This document shows positions 13,043-25,093 of a stretch of 64,000 nt of DNA, piece after piece. Below the pieces are notes generated by a model that made no database searches, was not told the DNA's origin, and saw nothing but the letters and a program-made list of their open reading frames with translations. A program made the position numbers and the translations under genes. Source of the stretch: Minutocellus sp. GHC0000111 (lineage: Eukaryota); NCBI GenBank assembly GCA_977018835.1, contig OZ361257.1, positions 3,348,001-3,412,000 on the forward strand, written 5' to 3'. Within the stretch, counting starts at the first letter, position 1; every line of letters starts with the position of its first letter.

Positions 13043-13544
13043 GCACAGAGTAAATGTCATATATTAGAAATGGGCACGATTAAGAAATGGGGTATCCAGA
13101 GCCCTCCCTCCCATAGATCTACTTCTACTAGAAAAAAAGTGCAGTTATCGAAATATTTTTCTGGGGGGCGTTTGATAGCTCGCTGGATTCAGCTCGTCGA
13201 GAGGAGCTCAAATCCGGTGAGTTTTTGGAAATCTGAGGACTGGGGGAAAAGTTATGTGCGTTTTTGTAAGTTCAGTATACCTACTAGCTTCTACTAGCAA
13301 TGCTTTTACACGTTGAAGTTAGTATTTCTTAATTGGGCAGTTTTAGAAATCGTCCGGCGATGCCGAAAAATCGAAGCACTGCAAAACTCATCGACGACAT
13401 GGAATTTTCCGCAGTTCAAAATTTTCTCTTGATCTACTCATCAAGAACTATCCAAAACCGTGCCATTTGCGACGATTCGACGAATGCTCGTGTACTTGTA
13501 GCATTTCCTATTTTCAATTTCTTAATTAGACATTTACTCTATGC
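13043..13544. mobile_element. Non-autonomous TIR element (MITE-like), ~500 bp
   Basis: GCACAGAGTAAATGTC (13043-58) and GACATTTACTCTATGC (13529-44) form a 15/16 inverted repeat. Interior is AT-rich and non-coding. No clear TSD. Confidence 0.7.
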
Positions 13545-13807
13545 CCCGCGGCCGCGGTTCTAAGCGAGACGAGAGCTAGGTATAATACCTAAACGAGCGC
13601 AGGAAAGACTTTGCACCGTACTAACTAAAAAACGTATCTTCTTATTCCATACATAGATTTACAATGTGCGACCGGAAAAATCTACATGTGTAACGTTTGA
13701 GATGCTAACGATTGTCGTCGTCCAGTCAATCAATGAATTTCAATGATTCCCAATTTGCGCTGCTTTGTCTACGCCCCCTCACCATTTATATCTCCCTAAA
13801 TATGTAA

Positions 13808-16800
13808 CTATCTCGCGCATCTATTGGAACAACACGCACAGTCAAATTCGGGTGGACAATCCGTCACCAGGAACCGAAACTTCGGATTCTCCTCTCGATT
13901 GTTGCAGACTTGCTGAGGCATTGTCCCCGTCAATTCGTTATCTTCGAATCTTGCCACTCGCAAGGAGGTTAAGGTGCCCAAACTCTCGGGAATTGTCCCC
14001 GTGAAGGTGTTGGATTGTAAGTGCAATTGAGATACATCCTGCAAGCTTCCGATCAAGTCGTCGATGGTGCCGCTAAGTTGATTCTCATCGATATATAACA
14101 AGCTCAATGTCTGCGGTAGACCTCCACTAGCGGTTCCAGTAAAAGCATTCTTACTCAAACGTAATCGGAACAAGCTCTGGGGCCAAGATTCAAGAAGACT
14201 TCCTGTAAGTCCGTTTTGTTCCAAGCTCAATGTGTCTAGAGCGGGAAGAGATGCAATCTCACTGGGCAGGGTACCCACCAAGTTGTTATTCGGAATTTGA
14301 ACAGCTCGTATTGCACCCTCGGAGTTACAGGAACTTCCAGCCCAATACCCCCAGGTACATTCGGACTCTTCCGACAAAAATGCGTTGGCATCGGGGAACA
14401 ACCCTTTACCACATTCATCATTCGTCGCTCCCTGGAAGCACTCCGTCCATTCATCACCACTAGTTGCATAGTACAACGTGGTGAGAATGTATCTTTGATC
14501 CAGAGTTGGATCACCGGGATCGAGCTGTCTAGGATCCTCGTTGACAATCCACTGGTACGCACGTCCTTGCGGGGTCTCGGGATTATCGAGCGTCGCTGGA
14601 TCAGTAATTGCCGTAAGCTGTAGGAATATTTGGTCCTCTCGAGAATCAGAGGTCGGTCTGTCAAATGGCGTTGGTACAGCTACCGGAGCTGCAGTTGTTG
14701 GCTCGGGCGTTGCTGGTACTGGTGCCGCTGTTGGCTCTTCTGGAATCTCGGTTGGAGCTTGGGTGGTGGGACTAGGGGTGGTTGGGGACGGAGTCTCGGG
14801 TTCCTCGGGAGTCGGTAGGGACGTGGGTTCATCCGGGACAGGGACAACGGTCGGGGCCTGGCTTGTTGGAGAAGAGGTTGATTCCCCTGGCTCCGGCGTC
14901 GGAACATCTGGAGCTTCCGTCGGAGGATTTGTATCACCCGGTCCGTTCGTTGGAGGGGATGTTTCAACGATGGGCGGTGGCGTAGGAGGATTACTTGTTG
15001 GTGACCTTGTCGGTGTATCACATTCAGGAGAACAGCAATCGCATTCTACATCCGAACACTCCACCGAAAGTATTCTCCAGTCCTCATTTTCGGCTCTCGC
15101 TATACATACCTCCTCCGGCATTGATCCTTCGAGGTCGTTGCCTTCAAATCTTGCCACGGCTATTGGAATCAAATTGACAAGCAGGCGTAGAAATAATTGC
15201 GGTCAGATAATGAAAGCGAGAACGAAATAACAACCACCAAATATACGAAGGGTCAATACTCACTTATGGATGAAAGATCCGCTAGACTGGCAGGAATGGT
15301 ACCGGTGAAAAGATTGTCTCCGAGCTCCAGCTGTTTTATCCTAGGTACACTGTCCATGAGATCGTCAAGTGTTCCTGTGAACTTGTTTCCAGTAAGGTCG
15401 AGAGATATTAATCTGCCGGATAGAGTAGATGGAACTGTCCCCGAAAGAAAGTTGAGATTGAGACGGAGTCGGTTGAGACCGGCATTGAAGGTGTCAGGTA
15501 ATGTTCCTGTGAGTTTATTCTTCTCCAGGACAAGTATGTCAAGATTATCGAGCGCGGCAATCTCACTGGGTATCGGTCCAATCAGATTGTTATCGACTGC
15601 GTGGAGAGAGAAATGAGTAAAATCAAGCATAAATAAATTCGTAATTCGTAAGAAACAGATGTCGGAAACAAAAATGACAAATGGAATATACTACGTAATA
15701 TTGGAAATGCGGCACTTACCCAACTCGATCTCGGCTACTTCACCGGTAACTTCTCCGCACGATATGCCAGCCCATAGGCACTCGGTCTCGTCACCGGTCA
15801 GCCAGCTTGAGCCGGCATCACAGTTGGTGTCACCCTGGAAACAGCTAACCCAATCATCGCCGCTTGTGGAGTAATACAGAGTGGAGAGCACAAACCTCTG
15901 TGTCAGCTGGGGCTCGTCACCAGGACACAGCTGCAATGGATCACTGAAGACGATGTATTCATACGCCATCCCCGTCGGTGTATCGGGGTTGAGCAGATCA
16001 TTTTCAGGTGTGATAAGGGATAGCTCCTCGGTGATGGCAACGGTGCGCTGTCTCTGCGTCAAGCCATCACATACCAAACCCGGCCCCTCACCACCGGTGG
16101 ATGGTTCCATGGTCGGCTCCAATTCCATGGTAGGTCCTGGACTGGTTCTAGGCTCTGGTTCCATTGTAGGCCCATCGAGAGTGGGTTCCACTGTTGGCTC
16201 AGGTACGGATGTCGGCTCATCGGGATTGGTAGGAGCACTTGGTCTGGATCCATCACCGGTCGAGGGTTTCGAGGCCGGCGATGACTTTGATGACGAGGAA
16301 GATGGCGATGGCCTTGGCCGAGACTTTCGGGTATCGGGAGAAGGCTTGGGTTTTGGTCTGGACTTTTTCGTATCAGGCGAGGACGGCTTCGAGCGAGACT
16401 TTGTCATCTTTGGCTTTGACCTTGACGGACTAGACTTCGGTGTATCGGTCTTTGTTTGACTGCTCACTCTTGATCTCGACTTATCCTTGCTACTGCCTCT
16501 GGATTCGCTCTTCTTACTATCGGTAGTCTTTCGGCTGTCATCGGGTGAACAGATCCTTCTTCCTTTTCTTATCCTTCTTGACGTCGTCACTAGTAGCGCT
16601 ATGGCTAGTCCCCGACTTCTTACTTTTGCTTTTGCTACTGGATTTTGTCGACTTGCTCCTACTGCTACTGGTAGAGCCACCCTTGGAGTCCTTCGACTTT
16701 TTACCAGTGCCGCTGCTGCTACCGCTGGAACTAGAACTATCTCCTTTGGATCGTTTCGAACTCTTGCTGCTCTTGCTGCTCTTGCTGGACTTGGAATCTC

Positions 16801-17245
16801 TGGAATCGCTGCTGCTGCTGCTGCCGCCGCTGCCGTCGCTGCCCTTGCTGTGCTTCCTCCATCCCTTGCGACCTCCAGCCCGTCCCTTTCCCACATAATG
16901 TCCTTTGGCCACTTTGGCCCGTCGGGTCTTCTGAGCTTCACCGATGGCTCCAATAATATCATCCAAGTCATCACCATCATCTCGATGATGGATGTTATTC
17001 TCCATCAATCGACGTCGGTGCTGTTCGACGGCATCAGCAGCGATGGTGGTATGGTGATGCAGTGGGTATCCTCGGACACCGCCAGCGCTTGTACCATGGA
17101 CGGCTGCCTCCGCCGCTACCACTTCGTCGGTAATGGCTCTCTCATGGAGATCCGCTGCGGTTCTGCCAGCAGCAGCCGTCGCAGTTACTCCTGCTGCCGA
17201 AGCGGCAAGGAGGAGGGAGGCTGCACCTGCCGCCGGGGGCCTCAT
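13808..17245 (-). CDS. Secreted LRR protein with Lys/Ser-rich (silaffin-like) N-domain, Pro/Thr linkers and two LRR blocks; introns 15719-15597 and 15263-15160; apparent frameshift near 16550
   Basis: Signal peptide, HRRRL motif, SKSSKSSKSSK tract, two QR(Y/F)xLxTLYYxTxGDxW..ECxW caps followed by plant-type LRRs (LxxNxLxGxIP). Confidence 0.85.
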
Positions 17246-17715
17246 TGTCGTCTCTTACGAGTCGACTTGGTCACCACACGCCTATCTACCCAGAATGGTT
17301 CGAATCGATTCGATTTTGGCCCGTTCAGTCCTATTCCCGATTGATCGTTTCTGCCACGTATCGCAATTTCGCAGCAGCAAGGAATTGATTTCCTTCTCTA
17401 CACGGCGTGGCAGGTTTGACTGTAATCTAAGCGTGCCTCTCGTCTTATTGAACCTTAGTCAGCAACAAGCACCAAGAGAAAATTTCATGCTGAGGCGTCA
17501 AATAAAGTTGGCCTGGGGCTATTTTCATCTGATGGGACATTGGCCCCTCACTGATTCAAAGTTAGTTGTTCGTCACCTCTCGGAGGATGGACGTTGGCAC
17601 GAGATTAGACGAGGATGAGGTCGGCGGGGCGCGCCAAGGAGCTACTTTCGTCGAGCTCAGTCAGTTTGTTTACACATGCTCGTAGTGGGACAGATCTACC
17701 ACGGTGCATGTGCAT

Positions 17716-18005
17716 TAGGCCTGACCTAAAAAGTGAAGCCAAAATGCAAGAAAAGTGAACTGAAAAGTGAATTTACCCTCTACCTAGGTACATGTACGTA
17801 AGGTACGACAGTCCACAATTTTAGGCTCTTTTTGGGCCGAGGTCCACAAAAAGTGTTGACTTTCGTCAACTACCTGGTTTATGGCGGAAAGTCAATTTGA
17901 ACACAGAAATGACCTACTACCCAATACGGAATCTATTTTTTTGTATTAAACTCCCAAAGGTAGTCGGACGAAAGTCCACACCGGAAGAGCCTTTTTTGTG
18001 GACCT
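17716..18005. repeat. Repeat-rich non-coding segment, possible transposon end
   Basis: AAAAGTGAA x3, GTCCACA x3 plus an inverted TGTGGAC, and inverted TTGACTTTC/GAAAGTCAA. No partner end found. Confidence 0.3.
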
Positions 18006-18798
18006 TGTTTGGTAGTCAGGAGGCATAAGTAATGGCGCCATGATGGTCGCCTCCGCCGTCCGAATTTTTGCGTCGCTCGCAAAATACGGCAGTAATTGCG
18101 ACGTTCAGAGTGGAGCAGGAGAGCGTGCGCCATGAATGCTGGCCCTGACGAAGCAGCTGGGGATGGCGCCCCAGCAGTGATTCCGGGGCACTGCCACTTT
18201 CCCCCTTCTAAATCCTGCGCCAATCCCGAACAGGACGTCGACACCCCCAGTGCAAGATCACACCCGGCGGCGGCACGATGCAAACAATTTGCTGTTCATA
18301 GCCTACCTATTTGATGTCGATGCCATCTTGGTCCATGAGCCATACCGTTTGCATCATGAAGCAGATCAATTGGACTAATTGGACAAGACGCATCCAACGA
18401 CAAGAGCATCGAGAGCCAATCTGATGAGGTTTGTAAGACACGCACTTACCACGGGCATTCCAATTGATCTGAATCGATTGCCAAACAATATTTTCTCATG
18501 TTATATTCATGGTTTGGTAGCTCGTGGTGATGCTTTTGTAGATATGGCGGGGGGCGTAAGACTGAGAGAGAAATGGCAAATTCAATGTGCGCTTTCTGTG
18601 TTCTAGTGCAGGAATTATTACGCCTCCTGATGCAAATAGTAGCATAATTACTTGCGACTATTTCTGCTTGTGTTCTAACCTACTTTCTTCACTTCCCATC
18701 ACCTGAGCATGTCAACATGATAAAACGACTATGTAGAAAATTGTTATACATGTGTGTCATTGTTGATCGACTTAACCTGCAAGTGTGTGTGTGTGTGT

Positions 18799-19233
18799 TT
18801 AGGCAGTACTTCTTGCATGTTCGCCGCCGAGTGCATGTAGATTGGGGTGTTTTTCGAGCAATATTTCCAGGTAGACAAAAGAGTCGACAAGGTCAGAAGT
18901 TGCATGTTTGCCCCGGGATATCGAAGGGACGGAAAAGTTGGTTCTACCTCCTTGTCCTCTGGACCTAGACCTACGTGTCAGCCTGTCTGAAGAAGGATCT
19001 TGAGGATTTGGAATCGTGCAAATCGCCATGGCCTGGGATTGATCCCCTTGCTTGGTCTCACCATAAATGTAGGCCTTGGGGGACTTTGAAGCGGCTGCAA
19101 TGGATTCTTGGGAGCTCGGCGAGTCAGGAAGTTCCGCCGTTCTTTTCTTGGTGGCTTCCGACGACGATGAACGATCCGACGACAAAGGAGTCTGCGTCGT
19201 AAGGTCTGATGACAAAGGAGTCTGCGTCGACAT
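18799..19233 (-). CDS. Small hypothetical protein with duplicated TQTPLSSD
   Basis: 144-aa ORF. A 19-nt direct repeat at 19181 and 19211 has a 30-nt, frame-preserving period. Confidence 0.35.
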   Translation of the reverse strand: MSTQTPLSSDLTTQTPLSSDRSSSSEATKKRTAELPDSPSSQESIAAASKSPKAYIYGETKQGDQSQAMAICTIPNPQDPSSDRLTRRSRSRGQGGRTNFSVPSISRGKHATSDLVDSFVYLEILLEKHPNLHALGGEHARSTA

Positions 19234-19907
19234 GAGTTGTTCTTGGAATGTTGTCTGATTACAGTTTCTTGCTCCATCCTCTACCGGCTGTGCATGTTTT
19301 GGTTTGGTCCATGTGCCGGCATGGAAATAAATGAAATTTTGCTACTAGTGCATGCATCCGTAGTTTGCGCCACCATGAAATTTTCAGCCACTTTGCATTG
19401 CTTTATTTCTTTGCAGCACCATTCGGCCTACCCGACATGACTTTCCATGCATGCACAATAGGCTACTAGCTAGTAGGCGATTTATGACACATCCATATGA
19501 TATGAGAAACCATCAATGTTGAATTAATTCAACATATATGCCCTTTGACGTTTTTTGGCCTAGCTACAGTAGCTTTGGTACGCTGCATCCAAAAAAACAG
19601 ACACGGGAGGAGCAGTCACGCGATGGCATCTTGGAAATAGAAAGTCAATCATAAAGCCGACAGCGTCATGCTCCCTTTTGATTTCTTCCTTGTTGTTTGG
19701 CGTTTCATGATCACCCACCTACTACAAAACCGGGAAACCGAAAGACACTCGGACACTTGCACTTGCGGTTTCCTTTTCTTGACTTCACCACTGCTTCACC
19801 ATGCGGACAGCCATCCTCACAAAAACACACCACAACTCTAGCTACGTAGCTATAGCTTGCTAGAACTGTAACTATACCTTTACATGCAAAGAACTACGTA
19901 TCCAAGC

Positions 19908-20594
19908 ATGTCAATCAACGACGCCTCCGCCAACTCCTCTCAGCAGCGGCGCATTGCGCGCTTCGCACCTGCCGAGGCATTGATCACCATCATGCCAACA
20001 ACCACCATCGACGATTTGTCGGACGAAGAATACAAATCTACGTACTGCACCGAAGAAGACATGGTCAATACTCAGCGCAACCTGGCCGAATGTATCACCA
20101 CCATTCGCGGTCTCTCCATCAGCGACATTGAGCTCGAAGAGGAGTACAACCACACCATCCGTGGCATCGAGGTTATGCGAAGCAGCCAGACGATCCGGAA
20201 CGCCATGCAACGCAAGATGGCCGTCATCGATGCCGTCGTTGACGAACAGGACGAGCAATTTGATCGTGGCATCTTTGATTCCGATCGCCTGGCCGAGGTT
20301 TCCCTTCAAGCTGGGGCAGCTCAGGGCACCATCCAACGAGCAATTGATGCAGCGACCGTTGATGAAGAATACGTTGACACCCTCGTCCGCCCAACCGTAC
20401 AGGTTCGCTCCAACCTCCTCAGGAGAATGTCGTCCATCACCATGTCTTCTGAGCCCGTGCCAGTCCGCCGAGGGTCTGGCAGCTCAGTTGATTCCGACTT
20501 GCAATCAGTACCATCTTTGCCTGCTGCCATACCCAAGTCAACCATTGCTAGCATCAGCCAGGCCTGGAACACTGCTGAGCAGAGCCCTATCTAG
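19908..20594 (+). CDS. Uncharacterised protein of a common diatom family
   Basis: Pattern (V/A)RF...Y...RG(I/L)E...AV(V/L)DEQ..Q....D..RLA. Coding-like codon usage. Confidence 0.7.
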   Translation: MSINDASANSSQQRRIARFAPAEALITIMPTTTIDDLSDEEYKSTYCTEEDMVNTQRNLAECITTIRGLSISDIELEEEYNHTIRGIEVMRSSQTIRNAMQRKMAVIDAVVDEQDEQFDRGIFDSDRLAEVSLQAGAAQGTIQRAIDAATVDEEYVDTLVRPTVQVRSNLLRRMSSITMSSEPVPVRRGSGSSVDSDLQSVPSLPAAIPKSTIASISQAWNTAEQSPI

Positions 20595-20879
20595 CGAGGC
20601 TAGGCCTAGAGAAAAGAGTCTAGCCTACATTAGCTAGAGCTAGCACTACATCAAATTCAAGTGGAACCACACCGATTAAAGATGTGGACACCATTATTAA
20701 TGAGGAACAGCAAGGAAATATTATATTTCTAGCTTGCATAAATTTTCAGTACCTTCGTACACACATTCAATTTTGTAGCCATTTTTAAAATAACTTTATA
20801 CACAAGCACTTAATTAACATAACTTCTGACCAATAACAGCACTACTCGGTATTTGTAGGCAGTGGACAAGTTGTCGAGC

Positions 20880-23504
20880 TCAGTTCAGTCTAATTATGCA
20901 CCTTCTGCTCACATCAAAGCCAACCTCGTCAATGAATTCCTTGATGAGAGGATCAACCATGGTTCGGCCTTCTGGATTTAGCATGCTCACAGTAATAGGT
21001 GGGGGCCCTTCACCTCCATTGTCTCCGATATCTGGCAACATGCTATCGACCAATGCTGCCTTATGTTCCTCGGTATACAAAGAATTTCTACGAAGAGAGC
21101 TCCTGTTGCTGTGGCGTTCATCATCTTCATTTTTCTCCTTTGGGATGGAACCAAGAAACAGTGTGCAACACTGGCGCACAGGGCTGCGTTCGTCCAGAAT
21201 CTTCTTGGCTATCTCAAAATCCATCCAACGGTTGGTAGTGGGGCAGAGCAACTCACTAGGTTTGTATTCTGCCTTGTAGACCATCTTGATGCAGCTACGA
21301 ATGTAGTATCCGAGGTAATAGTAGGTCAATTCTCGTCGGTGGGCGTACGCTCGTTTGACCCACTCTATTTCTCGCAAGGCTGTGTACTTGCCGAGTTCCA
21401 GATGACGAGATAAGTCTGGATCATAAAATGCGTAGACAGACGACAAACAATGAGGCAGAACATCCACAACACCAACGGCAATCAAAACGCCATTGATTCG
21501 ATATTGTTGATGATAGGAGCCGAAAGGAATGTGAGTGTCATATCCCTCTCCATCAACTTGAAATCGTCGATCGCCGTCACCATCTGGCCGAACCAAAGGC
21601 AGGGGGGTCTCACAAAGGAATCGGTGGAAGTTTACATATCCCTTTTTGATTCGCATGCGCGTCCTCAAGTTCAAATGCGCATAAACGCTGTCGACATCGT
21701 AAATGTCTTTCTGCCAGGTGGATTCGTCGTCGTCTCCATCCTCGTCATCGCTCAAGGAAGCGTCGTCGAGATCAGTGTCGCCATTGGATGGACTGCCTTG
21801 TTTTGACGATGAAACAGTCGCTTTATCACCAGAAACAGGCGCGAAGCAATCCTTATCTCCATGGATTTTTGTTTGATATTTTGCAAACAGACGATGAACT
21901 TCGGGCTGCGAGGCAGATATTTGTGAAGGGACTGATCGAACAGTCAGAACATGTTCCCTATTTCCACCGATCAATTGGGTTTGATCCTGTCCCTGCCCAT
22001 ACGATTCTGGCATTTCCAATCGAGCTTTGCGAAGGAAATCAGCGACGATACCGATACTCTGCGATTCTTGTCTTTGAAGTGCTGGTGCATTCCCTGCGTC
22101 GATGGTATCGACATCCATGTTCGTGGCTTTTTCGCTGACATTTGCGCTGCTGGATTTCTTTTTAGCCTCGCAGAGGTACACAGTCACCCAGCCGCCCTTC
22201 TCCGCTGTAAAGCGAAGAGCGTTTAGCCCATTCCCAACGACGATTTTATCCTTTGATTTTTTCAATTGTTCAACAACATGCTTAGCGAGTGAAGATGCCT
22301 CAATCTTTCCTTTTGATCGACCGCCAACTGCAGCACAGGCGGTTGTGGATACCGCGACGATCCGCCCATCGGATGGAATCGTTTCCTCCTGCAGTATCGA
22401 GGTCAATGCAACCTTTGGAATGTTTTTGAGAATCTTGAACGCGCACAATTTGCTCAAAGTACCGTCGTCAACATTGCCTAACGTGGCATCTTGTGAAGTT
22501 GCACCGTTGTAGGATCTGACAGCCTCAATTGTTTGCAATTGAAGCGACGCAAGAAGCTCTGTCGAGTTAGAAAGCGCATCGCCCCCAATCTTGGCATCCC
22601 CTCTTCCAACGCTATGGCCCCCTTCCGCGCCATCCCCGCTATCCCCGCCACTGAGATACCGCCTCAAGCGCTTTTCTACCCTCCTCTGACTCTTGCTAGC
22701 ACGATATCTCTGCACATTCAGCCGTATGCTCAGGGCTGGACAGCAGCTCTTGAAGTTATCGGGCTTGTACAAATGATTGCCCGACCGACGCCATCCCGTA
22801 TCGATGAGCTGTTGGTAGCACGTCGGAGAGAGGGAGGCAAAGATGAGCCCGTACGCGACCGACGCCGACTCGTCGGACGGTCCGTCGCCGTCGTTGTTGG
22901 AATCGGTCTCCATATCCAACGACCCATCCGTGTTGTCATTTTGCAACGTCGCTGGCTTTTTGTTTCCGTTCGGTTCTTGTTCTTTGGTCTTGCCCGATGC
23001 TTCTTCCACCCTCTTTATGCCCATCGCACTTGTACCTTGCTCTTCACCATTTGTTGCTTGCCCCTCCTTGTCCTTTACGCTGAGCACCCACGTGCGACTG
23101 CCCCGACAATACCCGCAGCTCGATGCCGATCGGCCACAGATACGAGCAATGTTGGGCGTATCGCTGATCGGGTCATCGTCATGATTACTACTGGTGTTGG
23201 TGCTGCTTTTGAGAGCCGACTTGAGCCTTCTGGTTGGTGGAGGTGGCGCACCAGAACCGTCGTCGGCTGTGGGAACTGCGTTCATGTGCCGCTGCTGAGG
23301 TTGCGGCTGCCCCGGCAAATTATTATGCGCTTCAAATGCACTTTCCTTTGTAGCTGCATCTGCATTGCCAGCGGCCGAAGCATATGACGACGGTGACGGG
23401 GGTGATGGAAGAGAAGCTCGAGGTTGATGCGGCCCATCATTGGTGTGGTTCTCCGCCGACGGCGGTAGCGCCTCGTGCTTCTTTTCTTCGTGGTCACTGT
23501 TCAT
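20880..23504 (-). CDS. ATE1: Arginyl-tRNA--protein transferase
   Basis: CGYC, GWRRSG..LYKP..CCP, GSYHQQYR..GVVDVLP..LSSVYAFYDPD, LGKYTALREI, YYLGYYI, YKPSELLCP. Confidence 0.95.
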   Translation of the reverse strand: MNSDHEEKKHEALPPSAENHTNDGPHQPRASLPSPPSPSSYASAAGNADAATKESAFEAHNNLPGQPQPQQRHMNAVPTADDGSGAPPPPTRRLKSALKSSTNTSSNHDDDPISDTPNIARICGRSASSCGYCRGSRTWVLSVKDKEGQATNGEEQGTSAMGIKRVEEASGKTKEQEPNGNKKPATLQNDNTDGSLDMETDSNNDGDGPSDESASVAYGLIFASLSPTCYQQLIDTGWRRSGNHLYKPDNFKSCCPALSIRLNVQRYRASKSQRRVEKRLRRYLSGGDSGDGAEGGHSVGRGDAKIGGDALSNSTELLASLQLQTIEAVRSYNGATSQDATLGNVDDGTLSKLCAFKILKNIPKVALTSILQEETIPSDGRIVAVSTTACAAVGGRSKGKIEASSLAKHVVEQLKKSKDKIVVGNGLNALRFTAEKGGWVTVYLCEAKKKSSSANVSEKATNMDVDTIDAGNAPALQRQESQSIGIVADFLRKARLEMPESYGQGQDQTQLIGGNREHVLTVRSVPSQISASQPEVHRLFAKYQTKIHGDKDCFAPVSGDKATVSSSKQGSPSNGDTDLDDASLSDDEDGDDDESTWQKDIYDVDSVYAHLNLRTRMRIKKGYVNFHRFLCETPLPLVRPDGDGDRRFQVDGEGYDTHIPFGSYHQQYRINGVLIAVGVVDVLPHCLSSVYAFYDPDLSRHLELGKYTALREIEWVKRAYAHRRELTYYYLGYYIRSCIKMVYKAEYKPSELLCPTTNRWMDFEIAKKILDERSPVRQCCTLFLGSIPKEKNEDDERHSNRSSLRRNSLYTEEHKAALVDSMLPDIGDNGGEGPPPITVSMLNPEGRTMVDPLIKEFIDEVGFDVSRRCIIRLN

Positions 23505-23813
23505 CAGGCTGGATATCTAATGTTGGATGAGGGCAATTATTGAGTTCTATGCAAATTTATGTGCTTGGGAGCAAAGCGCGCTGCATGAAGAGCACGCACA
23601 AGGCGGAACCTACGGCACGACGGGTCATGGCCGCCATGGTCGCCAGGCGTAGGCAGGGCTCATCGCCGTCGCGCTATCGCGTCAAGTTGGCTGGGAACCC
23701 GGATATATGATTAAACATTTATGCCCTTCTCCGCTCCCTAATTCTTCTTCCTCGCCTCGGCAGCAGCTTCGGCATCGGCAGCACATTGCTTTACCTTCAC
23801 TTCCTACCTTGCC

Positions 23814-24755
23814 ATGACGCCAACTCTCTTCTTGCGGCCGGTATCGGCGGCACGCAAGTCATGCATGCCATGTTCTCGGAGGATACTGAGCTCCTCGGCA
23901 TTCCCGGCAGCACACCCTGCGGCACTCCAATCCGATGCAAGAAGTACCAGCCAGGCAATAAGAACCAGCCTCCCGAAGCAGATATTGCTCTTGCGCCATG
24001 GTCGTTCGCTCGGCAACGAAGATGAAACCCTCTTCTCTCGCCTGCCGGATTGGAAGATACCGCTCTCCGACGAGGGCAAGATGCAGGCACGAAGAGCGGG
24101 TGCGACCATCCAACGAATTGTGGGCGATGCGCCCATCATGTTTTATGTCAGCCCGTACCGACGGACAAAGCAAACGTACGACGAATTACAGCATCACGTT
24201 ACCAGTGACGTGCTGTTCACCCGAGAAGAGCCGCGATTGAGAGAACAGGACTTTGGCAACTTTCAGGACACGGAACTCATCCAAAAGGCCAAGAAGGAGC
24301 GGGTGGACTTTGGTCGGTTCTTCTTTCGCTTTCCGGATGGAGAAAGCGGTGCTGATGTATTCGATCGCATCTCGGCATTCACATCCACCTTTCGGCAGGA
24401 CTGTGAGAGCATCAATCGGCCGGATGCGACGGCGGTATTTGTGACGCATGGTATTACGGCAAGGTTGTTTGTTATGAGGTGGTTGCATTGGACAGTGGAT
24501 GACTTTGAATCCCTGTACAATCCCAACAATTGCGCCGTCATTGTGTTGAAACGAGAGGATAGTGCCGATGGTGATCCGACCTATCGATTGACCAGAGAAT
24601 CAAGGAAACTGCTGAATTCGCCAACGTCTGGCGGTATTGGACGTGCGTTGAAATTAGGGCAAATATTGGCCAGGGATGGAAGAAATCAGCACAGTGGAGA
24701 TGGGAGTAGATCTGGCGGGTGGGACTTCGGAGGAAGTACAAGCTGGGGGTTATAA
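23814..24755 (+). CDS. Histidine phosphatase / phosphoglycerate mutase-like protein (DET1-like)
   Basis: LLRHGRSLGN, SPYRRTKQT, LREQDFGN, GESGADV, VTHG. Confidence 0.9.
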   Translation: MTPTLFLRPVSAARKSCMPCSRRILSSSAFPAAHPAALQSDARSTSQAIRTSLPKQILLLRHGRSLGNEDETLFSRLPDWKIPLSDEGKMQARRAGATIQRIVGDAPIMFYVSPYRRTKQTYDELQHHVTSDVLFTREEPRLREQDFGNFQDTELIQKAKKERVDFGRFFFRFPDGESGADVFDRISAFTSTFRQDCESINRPDATAVFVTHGITARLFVMRWLHWTVDDFESLYNPNNCAVIVLKREDSADGDPTYRLTRESRKLLNSPTSGGIGRALKLGQILARDGRNQHSGDGSRSGGWDFGGSTSWGL

Positions 24756-25093
24756 AAATCTAATTTTATTCACGCTTTTGTTGCGGTAAACTTATTGTAA
24801 CAAACATTTTCGTCGGTTCAATTGAAACAAAGCTTTGTATGTTGACTTCTGTTTCTTTTTTCCTTGCGGACCGGGGGTGCTGGTTCTTATTGCTTGGTGT
24901 GGTTGGGTTGTTGATTGATCGATCAGATCGGTGGAACCTGGAATTCTAACATTTATGCCCCTCCGATGCTCCCTCGCAGACTTCTTCAATCTTCAAGCTC
25001 CAGGAGGCGCAGAGCACAGCCACAATCGTAATCAGAAGCCAACGATCACCAGGTGCGGTACATACCTGCACTTGCCTCTTGATCATGTCATAC

